Shown piece by piece: positions 24,792 through 38,600 of a DNA stretch of 64,000 nucleotides. The notes under the pieces were generated by a model that worked only from the letters and a program-made list of their open reading frames with translations, had not been told where the DNA came from and ran no database searches. This stretch comes from Octopus sinensis (lineage: Eukaryota): assembly GCF_006345805.1 (NCBI RefSeq), contig NC_043002.1, positions 98,580,001 through 98,644,000 of the forward strand, in the 5' to 3' direction. A program made the translations under genes and the position numbers. Numbering within the stretch: position 1 is the first letter of the stretch; every line of letters begins with the position of its first letter.

Positions 24792-26925
24792 TCCACTATA
24801 GGCTTTCAGTGTACTTGAACAAGACATTGAAATTTTATGTATTTTTAAAAAGAAATTGTTGTCACTTACTTTCCTTTTTCTCAACATCTCTCTCTTGTCT
24901 TGCATCACCCTTAGTTTCCTTAGACATATCACCTTGAAAGTATTAACACATCATAGAATAAAGAGGACTCTGTAGTCTCAGATAATAAATTGAAAACTTC
25001 ACTCGTCCCAAAGTTATAGAATTTACCTACTGTATAAAATGGTTGGTGATAGATAGAACATCATCATCATCATCATCATTTAGCGTCCGTTTTCCATGCT
25101 AGCATGGGTTGGACGGTTTAACTGGGGTCTGTGAAGCCGGAAGGCTTCATCAGGCCCAGTCAGATTTGGCAGTGTTTCTACGGCTAGATGCCCTTCCTAA
25201 CGCCAACATAAATTTGTAAAAAGAAATCATACTAAAGTTAAAGCATTTGAGTGAGGCATGGTCCTTTGCCCTTCCTCTAGGAGGCTGGCAACTCTGAATA
25301 AGAACTGATTCAGACTGTCACAACCCATCCACCCCATTAATTATTTACTTAAGCCAGGTTTTGTTGGCTTTTGAATTATCATCAATGTTTTTGTAACTTA
25401 ACATTTTTCATGTAGGGTTGGTCGGGTTGTTGACCCTACGCAAATCCATTTTTACCTTGGAGAAGAGGTGGTCTATATTAGTCCGACTTCTATCCTTTGA
25501 CCTGCCCTGAAGTATACAAACCATTACACTGCAACAAGTACTAGATCTTGTAGTGGTGTTTAACCTATGCATCATGGAAAGTAGATGTAAAATTATGATG
25601 ATGATGATGATGATGACTAACAGTATCTGTGACCCTTACCAGAACCTTCTGAGATTGGTGGGAAGAAGACAGGAAGTTATCCTCTGACTGGTGACCTGGC
25701 TTGAAATGCTTACAACTGAGTGGACTCTGCTAAAGACAACCAAGAGCCAGGTGTTAAACTAAGTGATGGATTAAGTCTACTGCCTGTTATATGAGACAGA
25801 CTAACTTCTTATCCCAAGGGATATTTATTTCTTATTTGCTTAACATCATGAAGCCAGAATTAAAACACAAGTCTTTAAAATAACCCCTTAGGGTTTATGA
25901 AACATTTATACACATTCATGTAATCTAGCTGTCAAGAATAAAGGATTATTCTATCTGGGAAAGATTTATTTCTCATTTACTTAATAAATATTCATGAAAC
26001 TGAAGCAAATCACTAGTCCCTAAGAGCTCTTTGGGGATACTGAAAGTATTTTTATTACAATTTTATTATTAGTTGTGAAATTGGAATTGTATCAAACACC
26101 ATGAAAGTCTGTGATCCAGTTTTAATACTCAATTACGCTAATACTCTTGGGAAAAGCATAACCATCATACATTGGCAGTTCCTTACAAAGACCTGACCCC
26201 TGTAAGGAATTCAAGTTTGGTATTGAACTTAAACTATAAAATATAGCTGTGAGGTTAAGAAGTTCTCTTCCCAAATGCATGGTGGCTGAGTGGGTTTTAG
26301 TTACAAAATACTTAACACTGGGTAAGTGTTATCTACTATTTAGTGTTGAGTTGACCAGTGACTTATGAGTGAAAATTTGGTAGACACTGTGTGTAAACCA
26401 GTATTTATATATATGTGAATGTATGTGTCTGTCTGTCTGTCTGTATGTATGTGTGTATGAGGTACGTATGTGTGGGTATAGGGGGTGGGTATAAACACAT
26501 ATGTGCACATGCACTCTCATACACTTATGTATGTTTACAAAGGACTGTAGCGAATGGCAAGGTGTTGTTAGACCTGTCCAACCTATGTCAGCATGGAAAG
26601 ATGGATGCTTGATGATATAGGTGGTGATAATGATGATGAGATAATGATGACATTGATAATTATGATGATGATGATGATAATGATACTGACAACAATGGAA
26701 ATGACAATGAGGAAAATAATGATAATGATGACAACAATGATGATAGAGATAGTGGGATGATTTTAATCATAATGATGGTGATGGTTATGGTAATGGTTAG
26801 GCTGAGGGAGATTAGCGTGTGATGGAGATGGTGGTGATTGTAGCAATGGTGGAGTTGGAGATGATGGTGATGATGCTGAAGGTGAAGGTGATAATAACAA
26901 AGAGGATATAGAAAAGGAATTTATA

Positions 26926-27158
26926 AGGCAGCGAGCTGGCAGAAACGTTAGCACACCGGGCGAAATGCTCAGCAGTATTTCATCTGCCATTATGTTCTGA
27001 GTTCAAATTCTGCCAGGGTCGACTTTGCCTTTCATCCTTTCAGGGTTGATAAATTAAGTACCAGTTACACACTGGGGTCGATGTAATCAACTTAATCCGT
27101 TTGTCTGTCCTTGTTTGTCCCCTCTATGTTTAGCCCCTTGTGGGCAATAAAGAAATAA
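26926..27158 (+). mobile_element. SINE-like element, family D (best-preserved copy; degenerate copies near 14.3-14.6k, 15.7k, 35.8k, 39.4k, 44.1-44.4k, 46.5-46.9k, 54.7-54.9k, 58.0-58.6k)
   Basis: Head ggcagcgagctggcagaaacgttagc...gagttcaaattc; 13-bp TSD gaaaaggaattta. Confidence 0.75.
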
Positions 27159-28273
27159 GAAAAGGAATTTACAAGCTTTAATCCTACAATAGTGACTCAG
27201 AGAGTATAAGCGGAAAAAAGTTTTTTGTTTTTTCCTTTTTCAGGTAGACACACAGACTGAAATTATTATTATTATTATTTTTTTTTTTTTTTTTTGCAGC
27301 AAGAATGTTGGGGTTGCATGACTGGAATCTTTACTTTTTAAGTACATTAGAGAAATGAATGAGAAGAAATTATTACATTATGGATGACTAGATTTACTTA
27401 TTTCTAGATATTTGGAGTTACTTACTTGTGTTCCATACTTGTTAATTTTTGATGTCACTGCCCTCTGTCTCTGCTTTTGCTTTAACCTAAATGTCTTTTA
27501 TGATCAAAAATAGGTGTTCTTATTTTGATAGGCTCCTAGAGCATAAAAAAACCCCAGGAAAATTGAGATATATCAACTCTATCTTAACTAAACAAGAGCA
27601 ACAATGAGGAATTGAACTAAATTCCAGATTCATTTCAGCAAGGACTTCCACTTACCTTTTATTATCCACTTACCTCTTATTATCATATGGAACTGACATA
27701 TCTACTTTCCTGCATACATACCTACATATATACTTACAATAGATACATGCATGCATACATATGTGTGTGCGTGTGTGTATGTATGTATATATAAAATCTT
27801 TTGTTTAATTAATATTAACAACACCTCATTATTGTCTTTGACACTGGCAGTCGTGATGTGAAAATAAAAATTTACACCAGCAACACCTACAATATCAAGA
27901 TAAAGTAAAGCTACAAAGTATTCTAAATCTTATGAAAACAAAGCCAAAATAGCAATTACCAGAAGCCAATTACTTTATAATTACTTCATAAAACTACTTT
28001 TGGCGTGGAACCCGTCTCAAAATCTGTTATATTCCCTAGAGAACATATGACATTTCAAAACTAAGTAACTGAAATATAATAATAATAAAAAAAAAATAAA
28101 CAACAACTGTGATCACTTAAGTGCTGGTATTAAAACTGATGGTTTCCAGCCCATCTTGCTCTCTTTCTCGTTAATTACTTTGATTGTTTCTTTTTCTCAT
28201 CATATTTCTATTTATTTAATTTTATTCTCTTACTCATCCTGTTTCTTTTTGTGTGTTTTTTTTTAATTTCCAG

Positions 28274-28370
28274 ATCTCTTAAATAATTACAAGTTCCACC
28301 ATAAAGATCTTATAGGCAATGTACCATTAACAATTGACAAAAAGAACCACCAGTTGTTGCTTGGGGCTAG
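28274..28370 (+). CDS. Sema5: Sema5-like exon (97 nt): (D)LLNNYKFHHKDLIGNVPLTIDKKNHQLLLGA(R)
   Basis: Acceptor tttccag, donor gtatgt; Sema N-terminal 'L.VGAR'-type motif; phase 1 in, phase 2 out. Confidence 0.9.
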
Positions 28371-28419
28371 GTATGTACTTTCTGTTGCCATTTTGCCTTT
28401 TATATATTTTTAGTCTTTT

Positions 28420-28461
<42 letters not shown>

Positions 28462-28489
28462 GTTATTGTTATTGTTATTATTATTGTTA

Positions 28490-28523
<34 letters not shown>

Positions 28524-28551
28524 CATTATTATTATTATTATTATTATTATT

Positions 28552-29106
28552 GTGTGAGAGAGCAGTTCATGCCATCAAAGTGACTCTGGGGTAAAATATA
28601 CGAAGCCCAATATACCCATCATGACTACCCGTCTGATAAGGGTACACCAGGCACATGCATCACAACCATATGTGCGCGACATGGTTATCTCATATCAAGG
28701 TAAACAGTGCATGACCTTGCAGGTGGGGTCCAGTTAGAATTTTCTTCAGGTTGAGTAGCCCATCCCGCTCAAAAGGTCCCTGAATAAGGGTTGTTTAAGG
28801 ATGTTGAAAGAACCACCCATGTTTCCAGAGGTGAATTATTCAAACCCCAAAGAATCCCTCTCAACACATGGCTATGATGCTCCCCCACTACTTCTCTCTT
28901 GTGATCAGAGATGCACATATCGTCAGCCACTAAGGAACATGCTCAACTGGTTACGGTCAAACAACTGACAAGCAAATCTGTGGTATTGAGCAGAATATTT
29001 GCTGTAGCCCATCTTTTATACCAAGACAAAACAATGTACATGATGACACTTCCAATCAGTTAAGATCAGAAGCCATGAGAGCCACTGCCTGGTACTGCAT
29101 CAGGGC
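28552..29106 (-). mobile_element. (TAA)n-flanked non-coding retroelement, family C, longest copy
   Basis: Homologous to 47584-47985 and 57546-58009; (TTA)n on both sides. Confidence 0.82.
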
Positions 29107-29853
29107 ATTATTATTATTATTATTATTATCATCATTATTATTGTTATTATTATTATTGTTATTACATTAGTCTTTCTCAATATTTTTCAGTTAATGTCCA
29201 TTTTTGCTGTTATGCATTTCTTGTTTATAGGTCATGTGATACATAAGCTGTAGATGTATTTTATATATTTTACTGATCTGATATTAATTCTGTCATAAAC
29301 CACCTTTAACTCAAAAGACAGCACTTAACCCTCATTTTCATTTAGTTTGCTCGTTTCTCTGTTTTACATTTGTTTTTCAGTGTTAGTATAGGTTGGGTGA
29401 GGACTTATTATTGAGGCATTATTTTACAGCTGGATGCACTTCCTGTCATTAACCCTTACCTGTTTTACTCAAGTTAGGAATTTGGAGGCATGTGTTTTGG
29501 GTGTTGAACTCATGATCACAAGAATTTGGTTTCGAAAATATCAATATGTAATAATTTCAGTTGACTATGGAACAGGTGTAATTGAATTACCTGCTAGATA
29601 TTGCTGGTACTTAATTTAATGAATAAACAGCATGAGAAATTGTGTTGACTATGTTGAAATTTGAACATAAAACTCCCCTTCTTGGACTGATAAAATAAAG
29701 CACCAATCTGGGTTGACATGGTTGACCATAACTTCTTATAAACATATGACCAGATATCATTGTTGGAAATCAATTGTTATAATTATTATCATATAATGTT
29801 TAATTAAGCATTTGTAGTATAAACTGATTTTTTTCTTTTTTTTTTTTTGATAG

Positions 29854-29962
29854 AAATGGAATATTTCGGTTATCTTTGGCAAATCTCACACTCACCGAAT
29901 ATGCTGAATGGATGCCTTCAGAAGCAACATTGGACACATGTATTCAGAAAGGACTTCCAAAA
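29854..29962 (+). CDS. Sema5: Sema5-like exon (109 nt): RNGIFRLSLANLTLTEYAEWMPSEATLDTCIQKGLPK
   Basis: Poly-T acceptor gatag, donor gtaata; resembles SEMA5 'RNYLFRLSLANVSL...W....C..KG'. Confidence 0.93.
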
Positions 29963-30283
29963 GTAATAACACCTGTATATATATAGACATATAAATATTG
30001 ATACAAACTTGTGTTCACATATACATTCTTAACATTCTACACACATACACTTTCACAGATGTTGTACATATAGAATGACAGACAATATATACCCTACACT
30101 GTTGAATACACACTTGTGTTCTCAACATACATTCACATGTTAAATCACATACAAACACATATGTCAACCCACCTACAATTATACACTAAAGCATGCATGC
30201 ATGCACACATACATACACACACAAACATACACACACATGCACACACTCTTAATGTTTATTTTCTCTATTTTTATTCTACCTAG

Positions 30284-30382
30284 GATGAGTGCCATAACTT
30301 TGTACGTGTTTTGATAATCCAGCATGAACAAGTGCTGACATGTGGAACCAATGCTTATAGTCCTATGTGCTGTTGGCGAAAT
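30284..30382 (+). CDS. Sema5: Sema5-like exon (99 nt): DECHNFVRVLIIQHEQVLTCGTNAYSPMCCWRN
   Basis: Acceptor cctag, donor gtaagt; diagnostic C.N.VRVL...CGTNA.SP.C. Confidence 0.96.
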
Positions 30383-30481
30383 GTAAGTCCTCTATTACTG
30401 GATTCTTCTGTCTTTATATAAACTGACCATTGTTAGTGGTCAGCCTGATTTCCTCCCCACCCCACTCTCACTTGAAATATA

Positions 30482-30879
30482 TCTTTATATATAAAAGTCA
30501 AGTTGTGTGTCTGTCTCCTACGATTTAGATTCCTAACTACTCCCACATTTTGCGGTGCAGTTTAACAAAAACCGGGTATCTTATAGTCGTGATTCATATC
30601 GAGCCCTTCTGGGTATTAGCGCGCGTCTACGATGAGTCTATGATTTAAAAAAAAATTTACCATAGTTTTTTTTCCATTTTAATGCATTTTTTCGCTATTA
30701 TATAAGGGAAGTAACTCTCTAATAATGTCTACGATGAGTCAACGATTTAAAAAAAAATTTACCATCATTTTTTTTCCATTTTCAATGCATTTTTTGCTAT
30801 TTTTTGGCTATAACTCTCTAAAAATGCTTATATAGTTATTTCCCTTACAAACCCGAGCAACGCCAGGCGATACTGCTAG
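30482..30879 (+). mobile_element. Non-autonomous Helitron
   Basis: A|TC...CTAG|T; 100 bp downstream of a Sema5 donor. Confidence 0.88.
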
Positions 30880-31050
30880 TATAAATATATATCCATTTTG
30901 CCTAATCCTAATGCAGAGACACCTTGTCTTTGATTTAGTTTATTTGTGATAAAACCAAACTAATCTCCTTTTAGATAGTGCAGCAGCAGTAGCCACACCA
31001 CTACCTCATCATCGTCATCATCATCATCATCATCATCATCGTCATCATCG

Positions 31051-31082
<32 letters not shown>

Positions 31083-31296
31083 GTCATCATCATCATCATC
31101 ATCCATATTATTTGTAATATCTTCTGTGTTAGCCTCCTTTCTGCCAGTGCTATTACTATTTTCACATCTACCAACTCTTGTCTCATTGATATCATGATCT
31201 TCACTCTCATTGTTATGACCAGCATTAGTAAGACTCCGGTTTTCCTCCTCTTCCTCCTCCTCCTCCTCCTCCTCATCATCATCATCATGGATACAT

Positions 31297-33706
31297 ATAG
31301 GCGCAGGAGTGGCTGTGTGGTAAGTAGCTTGCTTACCAACCACATGGTTCCGGGTTCATTCGCACTGCGTGGCACCTTGGGCAAGTGTCTTCTACTATAG
31401 CCTCGGGCCGACCAAAGCCTTGTGAGTGGATTTGGTAGACAGAAACTGAAAAGAAGCCCGTTGTATATATGTATATATATATGTGTATGTGTGTGTATGT
31501 TTGTGTGTCTGTGTTTGTCCCACTACCATTGCTTGACAACCAATGGTGGTGTGTTTACGTCCCGTAACTTAGCGGTTCAGCAAAAGAGACCGATAGAATA
31601 AGTACTAGGCTTACAAAGAATAAGTCATGGGGTCGATTTACTCGACTAGAAGGCGGTGCTCCAGCATAGGCGCAGTCAAATGGCTGAAACAAGTAAAAGA
31701 GTAAAGAGTATAAGCCAGAGAAAGATCTGTTTTGTGCCTCAGCTTAATCTATAAAGCACCCAAATTCCACTCAGCTCATTTAATACTTTCTTTAAAACAG
31801 AGACTATATTTTTCAAGTTTTAAAAACATTATCCTCATCATTTTACATCTACCTTTCATATTGGCATGGTTGGGTAGGTATACTTCAGCCCAACATCTCA
31901 CCACTTGTTATGATTCTGTAGCATCTCTTTTGCGGAGGCACATGGCTTGGTGGTTAGGGTGTTGGACATGAGAGAAGATCATTTAACTTTTTACTTATCA
32001 TCTCTTTTGGTGTGGTCCAGCATTCTGAGACCTGGCTTTTCCATTTACTCCAGCACATTATTTGTATTTGCTTTTCCTCTCCCATAGGCTCCTAACGCTT
32101 GCTTCATATAATATGTTTTCTTCTGCTAAATCATCATCAAAAGCAATAAAGGTTTATTTTTAAATGAAGTTTAGCCAAAATAGGCGCAGGAGTGGCAGTG
32201 TGGTAAGTAGCTTGCTAACCAACCACATGGTTCCTGGTTCAGTCCCACTGCGTGGCATCTTGGGCAAGTGTCTTCTGCTATAGCCCCGGGCCGACCAGTG
32301 CCTTGTGAGTGGATTTGGTAGACAGAAACTGAAAAGAAGCCCGTTGTATATATGTATATATATATGTGTATGTGTGTGTATGTTTGTGTGTCTGTGTTTG
32401 TCCCACTACCATTGCTTGACAACCAATGGTGGTGTGTTTACGTCCCGTAACTTAGCAGTTCGGCAAAAGAGACCGATAGAATAAGTACTGGGCTTACAAA
32501 GAATAAGTCCCGGGGTCGATTTGCTTGACTAAAAGGCGGTGCTCCAGCATGGCCACAGTCAAATGACTGAAACAAGTAAAAGAGTAAAAGAGTAAAACCA
32601 GTATATCAAGTATTATATATCTACATATCATATCTGGAGTTGAAACTTAAGAGTCACTCTTAAATGATTTGTTACTTGTGTAAATCTAAGAGAAGCTGCT
32701 CAAAAGCCAATAATATCAACCAGAGTAACATTGCTATTATTAGTTAACAGGGACCTTGACTTTTATGATCTACTCACTTGAAAAAGCTGTCAGCTCTTCC
32801 TACTTCATGTTCTACTGCAAGAATTTTTAACAGGTAGGCTGGCTGTTCAGGTTTTCTTGACCCCTTCTCAGTGGGCTTCGGCTCATATACTCTCTTTACT
32901 CTTTTACTTGTTTCAGTCATTTGACTGCGGCCATGCTGGAGCACCGCCTTTAGTCGAGCAAATCGACCCCAGGACTTATTCTTTGTAAGCCCAGTACTTA
33001 TTCTATCGGTCTCTTTTGCCGAACCGCTAAGTGACGGGGACGTAAACACACCAGCATCGGTTGTCAAGCAATGCCAAGAGGACAAACACAGACACACAAA
33101 CATACACATACGCACATAAATATATATATACATATATACGACAGGCTTCTTTCAGTTTCCGTCTACCAAATCCACTCACAAGGCATTGGTCGGCCCGGGG
33201 CTATAGCAGAAGACACTTGCCCAAGATGCCACGCAGTGGGACTGAACCCGGAACCATGTGGTTGGTTAGCAAGCTACTTACCACACAGCCACTCCTGCGC
33301 CTATCTGGCAATTTTTTTTACATTTAGTGTATTTGTAAGCCATTGAAAAGTTGGTGGCTTTTATTTAGTCTTTCGTATCAAGATTTGTTTCACTTTGTGC
33401 TTACAGAAACATTGCCAATGATGGCAATGATTGCGGGTGGAGATACATGGTGATATATTTTTATATGTAAGATATACTCTTTTAACTTGCTTCAGTCATT
33501 TGACTGTGGCCATGCTGGAATACTGCCTTTAATTGAGCAAATCAACCCCAGGTCTTATTCTTTGTAAGCCTAGTGCATATTCTATCGGTTTCTTTTGCTG
33601 AACTGCTAAGTTACGGGGACATAAACACACCAGCATCGGTTGTCAAGCGATGTTGTGGGGGGGGGGGGACAAACACAGACACACAAACATATATACACAC
33701 GCATAC

Positions 33707-33753
<47 letters not shown>

Positions 33754-34250
33754 ATATATATACAATGCGTTTCTTTCAGTTTCCGTTTACTAAATCCATT
33801 CACAAGGATTTGGTCAGCCCGAGGCTATATTAGAAGACACTTGCCCAAAGTGCCATGCAGTGGGACTGAACCCTGAACCATGTGGTTCGTAAGCAAGCTA
33901 CTTACCACACAGCCACTCCTACGCAAATGCATATGGGTCATGTAAGGAAAAAGAAAGACAGAAAATCAAAAGCGGGCTTTTACAAAATGTAGTTACTGAT
34001 CCTCCTTTAGAATATTAAAAGACGAGACATTTTGGAGCATATAACCCTAGATATACAAAAATAAATAATGAAATAAATAGGCGCAGGAATGGCTGTGTGG
34101 TAAGTAGCTTGCTAACCAACCACATGGTTCCGGGTTCAGTCCCACTGCGTGGCATCTTGGGCATGTGTCTTCTACTATAGCCCCGGGCCAACCAATGCCT
34201 TGTGAGTGGATTGGTAGACGGAACTGAAAGAAGCCCGTCGTATATATATG

Positions 34251-34301
<51 letters not shown>

Positions 34302-34786
34302 GTTTCTTTCAGTTTCCGTTTACTAAATCCATTCACAAGGATTTGGTCAGCCCGAGGCTATATTAGAAGACACTTGCCCAAAGTGCCATGCAGTGGGACT
34401 GAACCCTGAACCATGTGGTTCGTAAGCAAGCTACTTACCACACAGCCACTCCTACGCAAATGCATATGGGTCATGTAAGGAAAAAGAAAGACAGAAAATC
34501 AAAAGCGGGCTTTTACAAAATGTAGTTACTGATCCTCCTTTAGAATATTAAAAGACGAGACATTTTGGAGCATATAACCCTAGATATACAAAAATAAATA
34601 AATGAAATAAATAGGCGCAGGAATGGCTGTGTGGTAAGTAGCTTGCTAACCAACCACATGGTTCCGGGTTCAGTCCCACTGCGTGGCATCTTGGGCATGT
34701 GTCTTCTACTATAGCCCCGGGCCAACCAATGCCTTGTGAGTGGATTTGGTAGACGGAAACTGAAAGAAGCCCGTCGTATATATATG

Positions 34787-34819
<33 letters not shown>

Positions 34820-35032
34820 TTGTGTGTCTGTGTTTGTCCCCCTAGCATTGCTTGACAACCGATGCTGGTGTGTTTATGTCCCCGTTACTTAGCAGTTCGG
34901 CAAAAGAGATCGATTGAATAAGTACTGGGCTTACAAAAAGAATAAGTCCCGGGGTCGAGTTGCTCGATTAAAGGCGGTGCTCCAGCATGGCCGCAGTCAA
35001 ATGACTGAGACAAGTAAAAGAGTAAAAGAGTA
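31297..35032. mobile_element. Cluster of family B SINEs: + 31297-31710, + 32180-32596, - 32888-33304, - 33475-33924, + 34077-34252 (partial), - 34300-34457 (partial), + 34611-35032
   Basis: Repeated family B head, body and tail in both orientations inside one Sema5 intron. Confidence 0.88.
33761..34800. repeat. 533-bp tandem duplication bounded by (TA)n
   Basis: 33761-34293 is repeated from 34294; visible differences are homopolymer-length indels. Confidence 0.88.
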
Positions 35033-35478
35033 ATGGTTATGGTTGGAATGTCTTTCACCATATGTTTGTTCAATCAGAACAGACTTGGACTTGACAACAA
35101 CAATTAACTTCATCACAACCAGCACTTATTCCATGCTGGCAAAGTCTGGAGGCTTCAATTCCTTTTATAAAGCTTGCCTGGAACAACAAGTATTTATTGG
35201 ATCTATGAAAGATTTTAACACAAAGGAAACCAGGCTCTATTTTTAACAGTGTGCAAAGTTACCTTTGGTAGAAATGGTACAGTTTTAAATTTATTACTAT
35301 AAAATGCTATAAGCCATCACTATACATTTATGCCCCAGTGACTTGCTGTGATTCTGGTTTTGTTTTTTTTATATACTTCATTTTTTTTATATATACAACA
35401 AACAAAATGAGGACAAATATCTGCTAGATGTAAATAATGTAGATTATGTTCAACATTACTGATTAAATTTATTTGCAG

Positions 35479-35692
35479 GTAAATTCCATCAAACATGTTT
35501 CGCAAAGGATAAATGGGAAACAGAAGTGTCCCTATAGTCCCCGGCACAATTTTACTTCAATTATTAGTGAAGATGGGAACTTTTACACTGGTTCAGTGGT
35601 GGACATCCAGGCTCGAGATTATGCCATATCTCGTGTTCTGGGTCCCTTGCCAATTCTCAGAACTCTCCGAAGTAATTCCAAATGGCTAAATG
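35479..35692 (+). CDS. Sema5: Sema5-like exon (214 nt): VNSIKHVSQRINGKQKCPYSPRHNFT...LRTLRSNSKWLN
   Basis: Acceptor tttgcag, donor gtaagt; CPY.P.HN and SKWLN motifs. Confidence 0.95.
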
Positions 35693-38600
35693 GTAAGTAA
35701 CTATGGTTGGTAATTCATTTTGTAGTTTTTAAAAGATCATATCAGTTATTATATATTGGTTTCAAAATTTGGCACAAGGCCAGCAAATTTGAGGAGGAGA
35801 TAATTTGATAAAATTGACCCCAGTGTTCAACTGGTACTTATTTCATCAACCCTGATAATATGAAAAGCAAAGTTGACCCCAGTGGCATTTATGCCACTAA
35901 ACACTTTCCAGTGGTAAAGCTTCTGCCAGATCGCCACCTTTCATTAACATCTATTTTATCTTTGCTGTCATGGGTCTAATCTCTGCTATCATGGGCCTAA
36001 TATCTAATACAGCTCTCCTGTATCAGATATTAGCACCCAGCTTGAACTTTTATTATCATATTTTTATAATTTCATTTGTCAGTTTTAATATCCTGAGATA
36101 TGATTTCACCATTTCTTCCTCTGTATTCTTTAGTTTTTCTCTGCTACTGTTATATTGCATACTACACAGTGGCTGTGTGAGCTATGAAATCCTTGTCGCC
36201 CCTGTTATATCGCACGTTCAAATGACTTCTACTCAACCTCCAATGTCTAGACTTCTCCTTCTATATCTACCTACTGGGCTAGCCTACTTCATCGTCTGGA
36301 TAGTAAAATTCACATTGACATTTTTTGTTTGCATTTTTAATAGTATGTATGTTAAAAGAAGTAAAATAGTACTTAATTTTTACTCTTGCACTCAGTATTG
36401 TGTGCAATAGGATTTGAGTTTGTTTTACATAATTAAGTGCTTTAATTACTGCAGATATTCAAATACTATGCCTCTGAATGTTTAATTTGTTTCAGAAAAT
36501 ATTTATTCTTTTAATAAAAAGTCTTTTGAACTATGTTAATATAGCTGTCCTTGTAATGTTCCTGCTTAAGTTATGCAGTCTTGTTGGGGGTAACATATTT
36601 TCAGCTGGCTAGACTAAAGAAAACATTTTGCTACTAAAACAAGTATTTAAAACTTCAGCTCAGTTGTGGCAGCTGTTTTAAACCATGTGTTTTTAATGCC
36701 CAGTTGCTATATCTTGATTCAGCTGGAAAAAGTTTAAACAGTTTACATGCTAATTATAAGTCGATCTTAACTACATAGTAGCTTCACTAATTTGTGAACT
36801 TTCAACATTTATAAATTGTAAGCCATTTAACTATTCCAGTCATTTTTGTATGCTGTGTATAGTTGATATATCTCAACATTCAGTATGATTATCTATTTGA
36901 TGGATATTGGTTTGTGATTCCTTTTGGCATACAAAGAATAAAACAGATTTCTTCACAGAAGTTGATCACCTTCTAATACTATTTTCTCTGTTATAGCTCT
37001 AGTGTCTATAGTATTCAGCAGTACTTAAATACAGTAAAACAGTTACTCAAGAAAGATCTGAACTTGATACTAGAAGCTATAAAAACAATGTGATCAGATC
37101 TATTCCAACACAAGTGTAAAACAGTTAAGCTTTCTTGCTTTGAATCACTTAAAATTTTACATAAGGCTACAATCAATATATATATTTTTTATAGCCCTCA
37201 ACCCCTCATAGAATCATAGAGGTGTAGTAATGACATATGGCACATTTTGGATAGTATTAGGTCTAGCAGAGCCTATACCTCTCCAGATGTAACCACAACT
37301 AATTTTTTCCAGAAAGTGAGGTAAACAAAAAGAAAGAATGGGTGAAAGAGAAAAATTGATCTGGCACAGCACTGGAACTTCATTTATTGGTTCTGAAAGG
37401 CTAAAATGTAAAGATGACCATGGTAGTATTTGAACTCAGAGTATACAGAGAGAGAGAGCCAAAATGAATACTGCAAAGCAATCTATCTGACACTTTTACT
37501 ACTCAGCCAATTTGCCAATACTACTATGACTGAAAATTAACTTGAGATCTTCGGGCTTTGATGCATTATTCCTTCAATGACTTCAACTTCTCTAAATTCC
37601 AATTATTTCTCTTTAAGTGTGTTGTTGAAAATGTAGGTTAAGAATAGCCCAGATGATTTGATAGTGATATTGTATGGTATGCAACTGAAGCTTCATGGAA
37701 AGTTAAACCACCAAATATCTTCTCTTTCGAAGTTGAAACCTATTGTAACTTTAAACAACCATTGGTTTGGTTTAGTTTTTCTCTCTCTGCTGATGTCTGC
37801 ATTTTACATAATATTGGCAGATTTTTTTTTCTTCCTATCTAATGTTGTCTGTTATACAACATAAACATTTTGTTTCTGAAACAAGAATTTAAAACTTCAG
37901 CTGTGTTGTGGCAGCTGTTTTAAACCATGTGTGTTTGGTAAGAGATTCTAACTCTAAAGAAAACATATTATAAAGTATTGAGAAAAAATTATTCTTTCCT
38001 TTTTTTCCTTCCATTGATAGAGATAGGGTGATAAAAGTGGGGAAAGATAGGTGTGTGTGTCTGTGAAAGGGGAGACTCTAAATATCTCAGTTTAAGGTAT
38101 TTGGAATAGTGACACATCAACATTTTCTCTCAAAATTCCACTGTCTATAACATGGTTGCAATCAACATTCCTAAGCAAGATATTTCATCTGTAAAAAAGC
38201 AATAAGTATGTTATTAATTTGTTGAATTAATCAATTCCTTTATATGAAAGACCATTACTGCTTCATATCATGTCCAAATCCCCAGTCCCTGCACTCATAA
38301 TTACACCCACTCATTCCTTCCCAGAACATTGGCCCTCTGGAATTTACTTCCTGCTCAAGTTTTTCTTACAAGTGTTGACTTAAAAGGTACAAAAGAAACA
38401 TTAATGGTATCAATCATATTGGTCTAAGAGGGCCTCTGAAAGCCATGGTACAGCCCCTTCCTCCAGACCTTGCAAGTCAAAAGAAGAAAAAAAAAAACCT
38501 TGTGGAATTATCTTTTTAGAGAATTCAGCTTTAGATTATGTTTGATTTCAAAATTTTGTAAGACAGCTTGACTTTCCATTCATCTGGGGCTGAGAAAATG

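Noticed and set aside
31333-34848. Recurring ORFs ending …CPRCHAVGLNPEPCGWLASYLPH…
   Set aside because: Antisense readings of family B SINE heads.
35471-35490. AG|GTAAAT at an exon start as a recursive splice site (also ttttag-g-gtaagt near 2520)
   Set aside because: The reconstituted donor is weak and such juxtapositions are expected by chance; unsupported without RNA data.
36620-37930. ~70-bp similarity between 36620-36690 and 37860-37930
   Set aside because: Short AT-rich local repeat with no structure suggesting function.
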